From Takakia lepidozioides (Eukaryota > Plantae > Bryophyta): a DNA stretch of 64,000 bases. The notes under the pieces were generated by a model. That model was not told the origin of the DNA. It made no database searches and worked only from the letters and a program-made list of their open reading frames with translations. The translations under genes were made by a program, and so were the position numbers. The first letter of the stretch is position 1; every line of letters starts with the position of its first letter. The DNA lies in the NCBI GenBank assembly GCA_030704615.1, contig CM060733.1, positions 12,648,001 to 12,712,000 of the forward strand, read 5' to 3'. This document shows, in pieces, positions 12,401 to 25,572 of the stretch.

Positions 12401-14070
12401 TTGCAATTTATTCATAAGGTGCTGTAGTAAACAAGAGCATTGAAGTGGGCTTCATTAGAGCCCATGAGATGCCTGTCTGAGCTGATTGCAGTGAGTGGAA
12501 ATGGTCATTCAGCAACTGTCTACAGTAGCCGCTCACATTCAGAAGGGAACAAGTATTTTTAGTATGGAAGCTTTGCAACAACTGAGATTTTATTTGGTGG
12601 TATTTTTGGTGTGATGTGCTTTCAGTTGGGAAGTGAACTGAGAAAAGGCAACATTGATGATGCAAGTATGTTTCTCATTACTCTCTAGTAAAAAGCTGAA
12701 AAAAGTCAGAATGGAGAAGGAGCTCTACCTCATGTGTTTTCTAAGGGCCTCCATAGATTTTTTGGGGAACTACCATGGACTGCCAACAACTATAAGGATA
12801 AGGACTTCAAAGCTTCAGGCAAGCCCACCAAGAGATGGGCAGTCCCAATGTTTGCCAGTCTGGCAAAGGCCAAGAATGGTCAAACATTGGCTCATGGCTC
12901 AGGCCACCGTGCTGGTGCTGAAATTGATTAGTCGCTGATTTGTAATCCAATGACATTGGTGAAAGACATTGGTAATAGTGTTAATATGATCATTGACGTC
13001 CTTCAATTGACAAGGGAATAAGTCGTTGTGTGGGCAGGGACTGCAAGATATCCTATCATGCCCTGTCTTCAGCAGTTTTGTTGGTTCCGTTAATGAATTT
13101 GAATGCTTTAAACTTGTTATTGATGATGAGTAAATGTTGTTCTCTTGCAGGAAATAATTTGGCGAAGGAGTCGCAGATTGCTGAGCTCAGGAATCAGGTG
13201 AGGGCCTGTGATATATATGTGCAATGTGTGCTACAGTTGTCCATTCCCAATCGGGATACACTTCATGGGTAACTATAAGTCAGTGTTTCGTCATGTTCTC
13301 AAAGCTCTATCAAAACCTAATCATGGAGGGTCAGCTATGTATGGCATGTCCCTGGCTGAACACAGCACTGAGCACCAGTTTTCACTGGATTGATCAATTG
13401 TTGGTTTGCTAGACAATATAATACTGTTGAATGATTTTTCCAAACAACTCATTTTCATCTATGTAATCTTGACATTGGACGGTTTGGGCAGTGCATGATC
13501 ATAAGGAACACTGAGTTGGCGGCTGCTCGAGAAAAATTTGAGGAAGTGCAAAAACGTGAGAAGGAAGTGAACTCCTATTGCTCTCAGGCTGCCCTATTGA
13601 ACCGACTTCAGGGTATGATGGCTTCACATTTACTTTGTTTCTGCATCTTTTGAATGTGTTTGGTGTCTGTTGTATCATTCCCTTACTGCCACAAGTTTCC
13701 GCTCCTGTTGTGAGAGAGATGTACTGATGTACTGTGTTGTTCTGTTACATTCATCCTAAGTTCCACAGGATATTTAATACAAGCTGTTTGCGGGTCTTAA
13801 AGTCACCCCTAGAAATTGCTAATGAGCTGCAGACCCAAAAAGTAGAAGAGGTGAGAGGTCAGGGGTTTAGCTGAGTTGCAAAGTTTTGGTGGGGTTGCAG
13901 AGGCAGCAAATGAGGCTGATGAGGAGTCAGAAAACTTGCATCGGAAGCTGCTGGCAGGAGAGATAGAATTGGCAGAGTTTATCCAGAAGTATCGTAAAGA
14001 GCGTGTTATTTACCACAGACGAACTCTAATACGCCTGGCAGCAATGACATCACTGCCCACCCCAGGATAA
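9438..14070 (+). CDS. VPS37: ESCRT-I subunit VPS37 (Mod(r) domain)
   Basis: Exons 9438-9454, 9885-10148, 11958-12045, 12626-12665, 13151-13197, 13492-13612 and 13901-14070 join in phase. Peptide MFRPF...SWYPPSV...KSVEELSRLMTDQDAY...ELRNQCMIIRNTELAAA...EESENL...FIQKYRKERVIYHRRTLIRLAAMTS is collinear with plant VPS37. Confidence 0.93.
10400..11895 (+). mobile_element. Stack of truncated and rearranged copies of the LINE at 30338-35186, in VPS37 intron 2
   Basis: Segments 10400-10570, 10650-10850, 10875-10990 and 11814-11882 resemble the 3' end of the full-length LINE (~34720-35186). Segment 11001-11350 resembles its 5' UTR (30356-30660). The terminal motif ATGAGTACATTCT occurs at ~10842, ~11474 and ~11873. 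Confidence 0.85.
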
Positions 14071-15158
14071 TCCGGGTCTGCACAGTATGCCAGTGCATGC
14101 ATGCATATTTGTACATTGATGTCCAACCCGCCGTGAGTAAATCAGTTTCAGCTTTCCAAGTTTTCTGAGTGACTACTTGAGTCCATGGTCTTGCAATAAG
14201 CCTTCTAAAGAAAGAATTGTAGAGAATTTATGCTTTGATGGGGCTGTAACCCTCCATTATGTGTGCATTGATCAGCTTTGCTGCCAGTAATAACTCAATC
14301 CTCTTCCTCTACTTGTCAGTTGTGAACAGTGATATAGATGTATAGGGGAATGTGAGACTCTGACGGGGGTTGCTGCCTTGCTCTCTACACTTTTGTCTAT
14401 ATAGTAGGACGTTGTGGTGGCTTCTTAGTGCTTCTACCCTGTTCTTGAGGATCAAGCTATGTACTCTGCCTGTTTGTTTCCTCTCTGAATAACTCTATTG
14501 AAGGTGGTTGCCGGCCTGTATCTGTATCCATATGAACTTGCATTACAACTGACCGGCAAGCTTATGGGATCTCTGTTTGGGCACTAGAGAATTTTCATGA
14601 AGAGAAAATTCTGGGTACACTGACCTAGATCCCGTGAATTGGCAAGTAGTACATGAATGACAGGAACTGACATTTAAAATGTCTTTCTCTTAGCAAGAGA
14701 GACCTTATCTGCCTAAGCATTGCAACCATGGATCCAGAAAACGAGGAGGGCTCACTACTGTTGGTCCAACTTGTGGCTGCACAAAGCACACATCACATGG
14801 CCATTTGAAGGTTAACAGCTCTGGATAGCAAATGAAGGAATATGAATAAGGATGTACTGCATGACAGGTTGTTGCAGTTCCAGGCTTTAATGTGAGGTTG
14901 TACCTTACTGGGAAGATACACCTTGCAAATATTTTCCATAATTACTATGTCAAACATCTCTGGAGAGGACTTCCAAGCTTGCAAAAACCTTGCAGGGATG
15001 GTGCAAGAAGCTCAACTTCACAGATTGAAAACCTTGGTAGGTGATACAGATGTCCTCAATAATCTATCTCCCTTTTTCTCCATACATGACCACAATTCTT
15101 TGTAGAAGAGCTTTGCAATGATGAAAAGGGTGGCTTGAAAAAATTTGGAACCTCAGTC

Positions 15159-18100
15159 TCAGTTTTCTAAGATGACGAGGCCTATATAAACTGCTGCCAG
15201 CAGGAATATGAAAGAGATGAAACCCCTGCACATACACAACCAAAATATCATGGAAGTGCCAGTAGAAGCCAGAAACCTTCAAATTATCTGTAGAAGACTA
15301 CTGGATAAATATAAACAGCTTTGACTGGGTGTGACACTTACCAGATTACACCCCATCCAACACCACTGCATGGACATGGAAAGAGCTGAGCAAACTTCTC
15401 GGCATCACTTGAGTTCACTCTTCTTGAGATAAGATCATCATAGATGTCTGGAAAGAAAAGATAGTCAATTGCTCAGTGAGACAACTTCAACAGCAGGGCC
15501 ATAAATGAAACTTCCAAGTCCAAACATACTGACAAAAGCCTAGCACAAATGGAAAACACAGGCTGAAGATGCCCACCATAAACAGAGAACAAGCCATTCA
15601 TTACTCCTGCAAAATACAAATTTGTAAAATTGTGAGATCAAAACATACATACATGAGATAAATTTACATCAAATGTACAAAAACACACCAAAAAAAAAAC
15701 GCTACGGAGTATGGATGAGCAGCATTCCACCTAACCCCCAGTCCTTCTGGTGCAGTAATGCTAGCAAACAATTGCTGACTCTAAATTCACTAGGTACAAG
15801 TTAGATGGATGGATTTAGCTGCCCATTGATGACATACATGTGCTCAACTTCCTGTGCTGAATAATGCAAACTTACTCAAAGCAAGTAGTACTAGGATAGA
15901 GGACCGTTAGGATTACAAGTGGGCATTTAACCAGAAGAAATATATTGACTTGTGCAAATGATAGAGGTTTTGCATATGCATACTGATGAAATAATTTCTC
16001 AATCTTCTGAGTATACAGAGATAAACAAATGACAAGAAATTCATCACAATCAGAATAAGAGGGCTCTCTAAACCTACCAAGGAAGCTGGATAAAAGGGAT
16101 GGGTACATACCAATGAACAAAATAGTGTAACGAAGAAGATGTACTACAGTTGTCTCTTGCAGGACCCATATGATTATCAAGAACGTGAGAAATCCTGACA
16201 TCACCAAACATAGCTCGCGTGGTAAATAAACTAGTCTGTGGACATCAAATTAATCTGCCCACGTCATGTTCAAGAAGTTGCCATCAAAACAGGACCATTA
16301 CCATGTCTTGCAATTGAACTGGCGTTCACCCATGGGACGGGAATCTGAGATTTTCTAGAGTGTTAGAGCAGCTAATCTCACAGCAAGAAATGAAAAAGAG
16401 ATCTCAGAGCTCACCCAAACAGAGGAACCGCAGGAGCCACTGTTGTGCCAAACACAAACCACGAGAACAAACATTTCAGACATGCTTCAACATTAACTGC
16501 AGCTGACTAAGAAGCACTGGTGTGGCACAATAACTCCACCAAGGATGAACCAATGCAATAAAAATAGTTCAACCTGATGAATAAAGCACAAAACCCATCA
16601 AACTAACCACTTGTGATGCGCTTGATTACAAATGATCAGTTTGAAGACAAGTCGATTACCAGGTAAACATAAAACAATTGAAGATGCTGGCCACAATACA
16701 ACAGTGTCCACTTGATCTGATAAGATGGTACCCACTTTGTAAAGGTGGAATCCTAAGAAAACTTCAAATTCTGAAGTTTAGTGATGCTAAATGCTTCATA
16801 AGATGGACGGTTGTTCCATCTTCTTCGTACAGCACTGATATGCAAGGGTGAGCAGACAACTTCTCGAATCTGTTTATAAACAGTTCAGAGGTTTGGAGTA
16901 GGGAGTGCTTTGCTTACATTTTTTGCAATGAAGAGAACAACTAGGAGAGCCGCTATCAGGAGAGCCGCTGCAATCCTCAGTGTTATGGATTGGGTTGATG
17001 CAATCACCAGCACCATGCCCCAGAAGGAGGACCCAAGATCTGTAGCCACAACAATCGATATTCCCACCCAACTAAAGAAGCTCTTTACACCTTCTAAATA
17101 TGGAAATAAAGCATAGTTCTCTGTCTGTCTCTCACTCACTCTACTTCCCCTGGCCCCTACAGTGGGGCTTGGCCACTCATGAAGGGTCACAGAGGGCTAC
17201 ATTCTCCCAATTTTCTGATTGGAAGTGCTCATGCCACCTGTGTAAGGTAGCAGTTTTGCATTATATCCTGACCTGAAATACCAATGCCGGGACTAAAATC
17301 AAAACTCATCCCCAAAACTGACTTGTCACTCGCTCAGCACAAAAAGTAGACCAATTTCAGCCTGTATACCATACATGGGGGATGTAAAACGCGCCACAAC
17401 TTGCTTCAAGATAGTTGGTATCCTGCAAAGGATATGCCTAATTGGAACATGATGGCCACCATTCTCAGGGGACAGTTAATAAACACATCCCTTTCTCCCA
17501 AACAAAGACTTAAATATCACTAAGGACATTTCCACAGGGGCAAGTCCCCCTACAGAAGTTTTTTTTCAACACCTAAAGTGTATCCCTTTCTGCTTTATTC
17601 TCTTCTCACTTGGCCCTCCCTTTCCAGTCCATCAAAAACCTGTCAGGGTGTTGTGGTCACAAAATAGGGCAGGCACAGCCTTGTGAGAACATTCTCTTTC
17701 AGTGCTTCTGCCCTACCTGCCCCTCCAGACCCTACAATGCCGTCCCCAAACTGTGGAACTACACAGAACTATGCTATGCCACTGTTGACATAGCTAGAAG
17801 ATAATGATACTGTAAGCAGCTATCAGACAGACAGAAATTCCACTAAAATTGAAAATCTGCTTCCATTTGGCAGGCTGTGCATTGCTGAGGTGTCCTGGCA
17901 CTTTTGAGGACCTTTGATCCACTGCCTGTTCATTGTTCACTATGAAGTGTGGTGATATCTTGCGCGAAAAAGACAGTCAGGGTCAGAAACAATTGCTTAC
18001 AGCCTGCTGGTAGGATAAACCATTGTTTGCCCCCTCTCGTGTGCGTCACTCCACCCTCATCTGCTTGGACTGCCATGCCTTCCACCTGTCCACACCCAGA

Positions 18101-19226
18101 AGAGCAACGAAGTTCAATGGCAATAATTACTGAGCAGCTCTCTTTTTATTCAACATAGAAGCATTCACAGACAGACATACGGCAGACCACTACTTACTGC
18201 AGAATAAAAAGAAAGGCTGAACTGATTTCCAAACACTAATGATCAGAAACTCATTTGACAACAAGAAGTCAAAATATTCTAACTCAGGGAAGGAAGAGTT
18301 CTCCAGGGCTCTAGCTCCGCGATAAGGTCCTTGCATCCATCGCATCACCTTTGACCACCATGGATGCTGAATTAAATAAAGCAGCCAACAACATGTTCAG
18401 CTTCTATTGTGGTATTGATATGAAGTCTAAACTATTTGAGGAGGCCAGGGAGTTTCCTAGGACTTGCCTTGCCACATGTCAGCTTGCAAGCAGTTGCGTG
18501 GCTTGCTTCATGAAGGAAAACTGTGATAAGCTTGAATGGAAGAAGCAAGGGTGTCCTCCACAACTGCAAAGGGCCAGAACAGCAAAAGGCATCCCCAAAG
18601 ATCACTAGACCTTACAAACACTGGCAAATTCACTCCTCCAGTTGTCTGTGTCTTTTTCAAAAAAATGCTCTCTGTGTATCGCATTGCAATTTCAGCAGCT
18701 GCTTGCAACTCAAAACTCATTTCAAAAGCCCAGGGAGCATTAGAGCGAAACACTCCAACACCTTCAAACACCAGACTTTTGGCTAATGGATCTAAGGCCA
18801 ATCTATTTATCGACTATCCAAACAGCATCACGGTTTGGAACGCACGAGTTTAGACTGAGCTACTGTCATTCATCGTCATAATCTCAGACATTTCAACAAA
18901 GCGCCTAGTCCTGAATACGCATACTGTTTCCATTTTGTCTAGCCAGAGACCAGAAACATAAGCTTAGGAAAGTCAACATCGCATCCACACTCAGCACAGG
19001 CAAACTATCTCCAAATCCATATACGTTCATTTGAATCACAGAGACGGCTAAGCAGCACAACCGACACGCATCCTGAGGCCCTAGCTTAGCATTGTAGTTC
19101 GATACTCGGTCCAGATGGCAGAGGAGAGGAACTCACAGCAAGAATCACAAAAATGAAAGTACCAATGGTGGCAACGAATGCAATCTGGGCAGAGTCGCAG
19201 CAACCTGTCAGCTGCCAGTTCGACAT
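15159..19226 (-). CDS. Peptidase M50B-like membrane metalloprotease (234 aa)
   Basis: Nine exons (19226-19137, 18563-18468, 18085-18001, 17039-16918, 16439-16415, 16194-16111, 15606-15577, 15447-15342, 15225-15159) total 705 nt. Motifs include HEASH (HExxH), GGVTHTRGG, PAGYLGSSFWG and DIYDDLISRRVNSSDAEKFA. Intron 2 has a GC donor. Confidence 0.93.
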
Positions 19227-22200
19227 CTTCTATGATTACGACAGAAAGCTCGCGGTTGCATGCACTTCACAGATCACAGCGACATAACCATTTGCTCATC
19301 CAATCGCATTGCTGGTACACCGTACACCACTGCCAGATCTCTAGACTGAATCATACTCCAGTGAGTATGGCCATGCCAGTGACAGCTCGCACGGCAGCGA
19401 TAGATTCCTCTCCAGACTGCTCACCAAAACCTCGGATCAAGCATTCAACTGCTGGAAAATCTTGCAAATGTATGCTCACTTACACGTCAGGATGAGCTAT
19501 GACCTGCAAATGAGTTTCTCGGCTGGATTGCAGCACAACACAAGCAAAGCAAAACAAGACCCCAAACTCCAAACCCGACCAGGATTTTCTCTCTCTCTCT
19601 CCAATTCCGAGGCTTGACCCGGCGGGGCGACCCGTTGTTCACATACCCGGAAGGGCAGTTTAGCCAGCACTGTCTATGGCCCAGTTTAGCCAACCCCACG
19701 CAGACAAAATTGTGTGCGCTTTTTTAACCAACCGACCGTACCTGCAGTTCTATTGTAAAAACTTTCAAACATGCCAAAATAAAACCCTAGATGTGGTTTT
19801 TTTCCACGTCATATTTTAGTTTAAAATTCCTCAAACAGTAATAAATTAAATTAAGGGCTCTTGTCCCCTTTCCTTTGGAAAAACAAATGGTAGATTGTGA
19901 CTACCTAGATGGACACGCCTACTTGTATGCTAGCCTCTCCACATGGCCGCACATGTCACCCATTCCAACACCCTCCCCATTGGCCTCTCCCTTTTTTTGA
20001 TCTTCAGGAATAGCCCCTGCTAGAATTTGGAACCCTTACCCTTATTTTATAAACTTGAAAGATCAAGTAAACTATGTTTCTTTAAACATGAAACTTCCAG
20101 CTAACAATATCCAATATCCTATATCCAATATCATACTCAGAATGAGTAGCAAGTTCCCCCTTCACTGACGACGGTGAGTGTGCCTTATGGTGTAAACGAG
20201 GGTTTTAATTTTTTCCACTCTAATAATTATTAAATAAAGCTTCAGGGTCTCTGTCCCTGTTATGTTAAAATATATATATCCTGTGCTTAAAAAACTGCCT
20301 AGAAATTTCCTTTGTTAAAATCGTTATCTTCTCAGTCAGGACGTTTTCATCCTTACAGGACGACACACCTTACGTCAGGCATAAAGACACCTAGCACCTA
20401 GGGCCTTATGAAATTTGTAAGATGACGATTTTCTGGTGGGGGGGGATGGTTTTTTCCGCCGTTTAAGAACAAGGGCGGTATTGATAAATACTGATCCAAG
20501 TTTTTTCCATCATGGGGTTTCATAGTGAACTTAGGCTGAAGGCAATTACAGGAAATAACGAGGAGATGTCAGGTAAACCCGTTATATCTAGTAATCAGGG
20601 GGATTACCTCACTTCATTTATGCTTGCAATGAACACAATCTCGGATGAGCGAAGGCATTGTGGAAGGAATAGGAACCTTCAAGGATGTAAGATGCCTTCA
20701 TAGAGGATGGACCTGTCTGACCCTCAATACTTGTTTTAATCTGCATCCCCAAACGAGATCCTGACCATCCAAAAACATCAGATCCGTCCACTTGTAAAAT
20801 TAAGGTATCTCAAGATGAAGCCTGAAGGAGAGGAAAAAACTTTGTAGGGCTTTATAAAGGACCGAAATGAGGTGAGTTAAAAGTGGAGAAATAAAACTCC
20901 ATAAAGAAAGGGAAATGTACAAACAACAAAGCCAATCAAACCAATCTAGTAGCATCACCTACTGCCTAAAGTAGATTAGACAACAAGAAGGAAGGTGGGT
21001 TAAGAAAGAGCCTAGAGGCAAGATGAAGCTAGCCGGCCACTTCTATTCTCCTATTTTTAGTGATCTTACAAGGATCTAATTACATATTCAGTCCAATCTG
21101 GTATAAAATCGGTGAAGAGGCATATGGCGTCGTAATAGAATACATAAAAATGCATCAGAGACGTAATTTCGAGCAAAAAAATCAATGTTGAATACAGATA
21201 TAGTATGACATAATAAAGATACAGGTTGGCATATAACTCGTCAAGTCGTTATACCAGTCACATCATGATGCTAGGAAAATTATTAAGACCTCTTGAAATT
21301 CCCAATGATCCAATCCAACTCCGCAGTCGAACTTTAACAACCATTCCCAATGACACATTCACAAAATAAAAATTCAACTAGGCCATAAAATTCATGGCCA
21401 TTGAGAACAGCACCTGAAACATGTGATTAACGTAGTGACTCCTTCTTTATGGTCCTGCCACTTGCCCTGCTACCACACCTCGCTAACTACGGTGCATCAC
21501 TGCCGCCAACCCCAGCCGCTCTTCCACAAAGTCTACCCACCCTCGCTCTTTGGCTATAGCCTGGCTGGCCTCGCCACAGCTCTACGAAAAGCCTCCCTCC
21601 ATAGCCTCCCACAATTCTAGAACCTTTGCTAACTCCGCGCATATAGTCCAGGTGGGCCCCACATGCAATAGTCCTAAGGCACTCCATAGTGATGTGGGGC
21701 CAATGCAAATAGCCGGCCTTGTTCGAGTCCTGCCCCTTGCTTGATTTTATTTTTTGAGTGAATTGCTGTACATATACAACCTTTCAATTAAGTTCAAGTT
21801 TCTTTGTTTCTAACTATATGATCTAGTTGCAAAGTTGAACTCATGTGAGCACAAACTTGGGTTTCGTCGGCAAAATTGGATTTTGTGATTACATTCCTTT
21901 TGGTTTCATGGATTCTGACATTTTCTCCCTTTCGATGTCATCAAATATTGCATGTAAGGTTCAAATTATCTTTAAGGAGCATATGGATTCTAGTCTTCAG
22001 GTTCTCAGTTATATTCAGATACCATGTACACCCTATTAACGCAGTAAAGTCCTTATGTTCGCCTATTATATGTATGTAGCTGGCATACATATCACCCCCA
22101 TAACCGCGGATCTTGCTCACGCTACGTTTTTCCCAGCTCACGCTACCAATCGTGAGCAGACCCAGAAAGGCGGAAGTACTAGGGCCAGCTACTTCCCCTA

Positions 22201-22437
22201 AGTATACAAAATTCAAATGGATCCAACCTTTTGGTGAAAATGGTCCTAGCATGTGTTTGCAAAAGGGTCAAACTATTAAAACTACCGAGGAGTTGCCAAA
22301 TTATAGGTTGTCTCCAGAGTAGGTCATCTCAAGCTCTACACTAAAACTAGTCTTCCTCTTTTCAGAAGAACAAACGGAGATGTGAAATGTTGAGAGGTTG
22401 GCAGGTGGGTAGTCGCAGTATAATTGGGAGGGAAGCT

Positions 22438-25400
22438 TCAAATGGGACACACAGCATTCAAGAGAATGTGCACAAGCATGTAATCAACGAAGGGGTTGTG
22501 AATGACAGAGTCGATGGAGCGGTATCGACCATAGTGGACCCCATCACTGCAGTTGCGATCGAAATGCCAAGGGAAAGTGAAGTCAAATGCATCGACAACT
22601 TGAAATTTGGGCAGATTCAGCTTTTTGAACCTTTCCACTAGGAGGTGATTGTAGATTTCCATCTTCGCTGGGTTGAATGGGAAGTTGCGATCTCCACTCG
22701 CAACCGTGGTCCGATAGATCACTTTGGGTTGTACTGCCTCTGGGTGTATGTTGTAGAGGAGTGACTCCCAGAATGTGGCTGCTTTTTCCACTCCTTCAAT
22801 CACATAGTCTTCAAGAGTTTTCCAGTGCATTCCGTCGTGCAATCCAGAGTTGAGAATCACAACGTCGGGCACTTGGATGCCATTGAAGAAGCCCTTGTGA
22901 TAATCTCGAAAAGCAGAATCGTTAAGAGAAAAGAGACCTTGATGATTTCCACCTTGAACGGCGTTACCGTTGAAAATGTTTGTGATTCTAAGAGAGCGGG
23001 AAGAGTCATCAGGATGGGTGAAGGTAGTATCGAAGCGGCGTGACTCCTTTAGATGGAGGACGTCATGGCTGGAAGCGGGAAAGCCCAATACGAAGTCAAG
23101 AAGGTTAGTCACTGTATCTTGCGTGTTTGAGTCTCCCCAGAAGAACAACCACTTTCCATTTACACATTGCCAGGCCTCCAGTTGTGTGAAGATCTTGAAA
23201 CTACAGTGCGCAGAGTATACCCACCCGTTGCTTTCCAGGTTCCCTACAGGACCTTCACACCAGGGTGCTTCACATTGCTCTGATCGATCGATGCATACGA
23301 AATGTTCTTCAGCATTTATATTACAAGTCTCATTGTAGTGATTTCGCGTCCAACGCCCACTCCAGGCAGAGAGTTGGTAGTCTTCATCAGCTCGACATCT
23401 TGGCAGAGAGTTTTCCTTGGCAACCGAACTCTTGGGTGGCAAGACAAACTGTATCTCGATTGTGGCGACGGATTCTCCTCGAACTCCTGGTAGTGACTTT
23501 TTCCAGTTTGGGTTTGGCCAGATGTCGAGGGAATCGAAGTTTGAGAAGAGCAAATATACCCTCAACGTGTATAAGCCTGGGGTGCGAGCATCAACTTGCA
23601 AACGTATCGCATATTTTCCGTCCTGCAGATCCACTACTGGTGGACGAGATTTCCACTTCTGATTGGACAAATCCGTTTCGAAATAATCCCCACCTCCACA
23701 TCGTCTTGTCCCATTCTCTGCATATGTCACTAAGTAGATCTCGTGCACCGCACCCGTGGTCAATACGCTTGGGTTTCCAGCACCGACAGGCTCTGGAAGC
23801 CCAAAGATGTGTGCTTCCTTTGTCCTGACTCGCCTACATGGTAGGCTTGGCAAGTCTCTTTCTTTGACTTGACTGAGAAGTGAGTCTGTCTCATTCACTA
23901 TAATGGGGAAGCGCAGCCACCTACTTGTGGTAGCTGGAGCCTCGTACTGTAAGGGGTCATTGAGATCCGCAACGGGAGGCTGCAAGGTTTTTAGTAGCTT
24001 TGTGTCAGTATTTGGTTAGGAGATTGAGGGGATCCAGTATCCACTCTTGGCGGACGGTTTACAACATAAATCCAGGCGAGGTCCAGGAGTGATGGGGGAA
24101 AGATATCCGTCCCTCACAATGTCCAGAGCCATGAACCAATTTGACAGAGTAGACATGGTGGACAATGCCTAAAGCCCACTCGAATGAATTCTAGATTTAG
24201 CATAAGCAGAGCTTGTATTTCTACTCGGGCCAGGAAGCTGAGACCGCAGGTTGCTGTCATGGAACAATAATTCGACCACATGTAAATCCCCTAAACTCAT
24301 ACTGGAGACCACCGACTGCGATCCTTGCTGCAAGTAAGGTCTTTATTCGAGAAATGCATACATAGGTATGCCAACTAATACGTGTGCAAGCCAATCAGAA
24401 GAACACTTGTACATGGGACGCTCTAGAGCTCCTTCAGGAGGAAGCTAGGAAGGTCTGGAAACCGAGTCACGGATTCCTCAATGAAAGTAATGGCAATTTC
24501 AGGTCATGTAGAATCAATGTTGGGGATTGGGAGTTAGATTTCACATGCCAGACTGCCTGAGCTAAGACCTCTTGTTATATTTATATGCACACTTTGCAGG
24601 CTGAGTCGTTTGCCTGACACAGCTCCAGTCTAGTACTACTTGGGAATCAGCAACTTCAGGCCAACTCAAAAACAGAGAACTGAGAAACTCACTGGGTCGC
24701 CAATATTGGTAGAGCGATCGGAGATCCATGGCACTGATCCACCGATCGTCGACGACAGCCAGTCAACGGAGCCTGGTAACACTTGTCTAACGTTGCTCGT
24801 CATCCAAAGTGAAAAGTACCCCAATAGCATACAGAAGAACAGAATGCCGGGGCATTGGACATAAGTGAAGTCTCGTTTTGAATAGGAGGACTGTGCGACC
24901 TTCTGACCATTAACATGCACGTCTGCAGGCACAGCCACAAGCCAAAAGATCAGTCCGGCACAGAGTAGAACATTGACAGTGATGAATCATGATCTCCATC
25001 TCATAGAATAGGGCCTTGTGAAGCAAATTATGCAATTTCGTACGTACTATCTTGATAGGACGGTCCAAGGTAGATTGACCTGGTGAACACTTGAACTTTC
25101 AGGCTTGACTTTACAAGGTGATATGGTCAATCTACTCAGCAAATCATTGATGGTCGATATCAAATTTCTCGTAAATTTCATGTGTACATCACATGTAGTA
25201 TAAGTTCCCAGTGATAGAGAAAACAAGGCTGACATGTGCTTGCGGGAGTATCATGTCTGAGCAGCACAATACCCAGGTACATGCTTGCGAAGACAGAGCA
25301 AGAGGCCCGCAGTTTCGGGTATACAGCTCGTGGTTCTGATCTGTTGTCTGAGGGAGGCCTTAAAAGTTAGCACTGCCAGTATAATCGAGCTACCACGAAT

Positions 25401-25572
25401 GTGATTTCAATATTCAAAATTGGTCAACAACTGGTATACAAGTAGATTGTGGGTCTCCTGTAAGATAGTGGCAAGTTAGTTCGGGACAGAATCGCAATCA
25501 TAAATGTACATTGTACAGTTCTAGATGATGAATCTTCTTACCAGGTGAGATCGACTTGCTGCTGGAGGCCAT
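22438..25572 (-). CDS. Type II membrane SGNH/PC-esterase (NXPE-like) protein resembling the Arabidopsis At3g06150 family
   Basis: Exons 25572-25542, 24922-24693 and 23979-22438 join in phase. There is an N-terminal TM anchor (GILFFCMLLGYFSLWM), then GGDYFETDL, WSGRWTR, ESNGWVYSAHC and the catalytic-type motifs WGDS, NSGLHD and DGVHY. Confidence 0.85.

Noticed and set aside
21420-21760. tRNA or SINE suggested by the B-box-like GTTCGAGTCC at 21721
   Set aside because: No cloverleaf, properly spaced A-box or TSD was found.
22438-25572. Cytochrome P450 label sometimes attached to homologs of this gene
   Set aside because: There is no FxxGxRxCxG heme motif. GDS and DxxH motifs indicate an SGNH-type fold.
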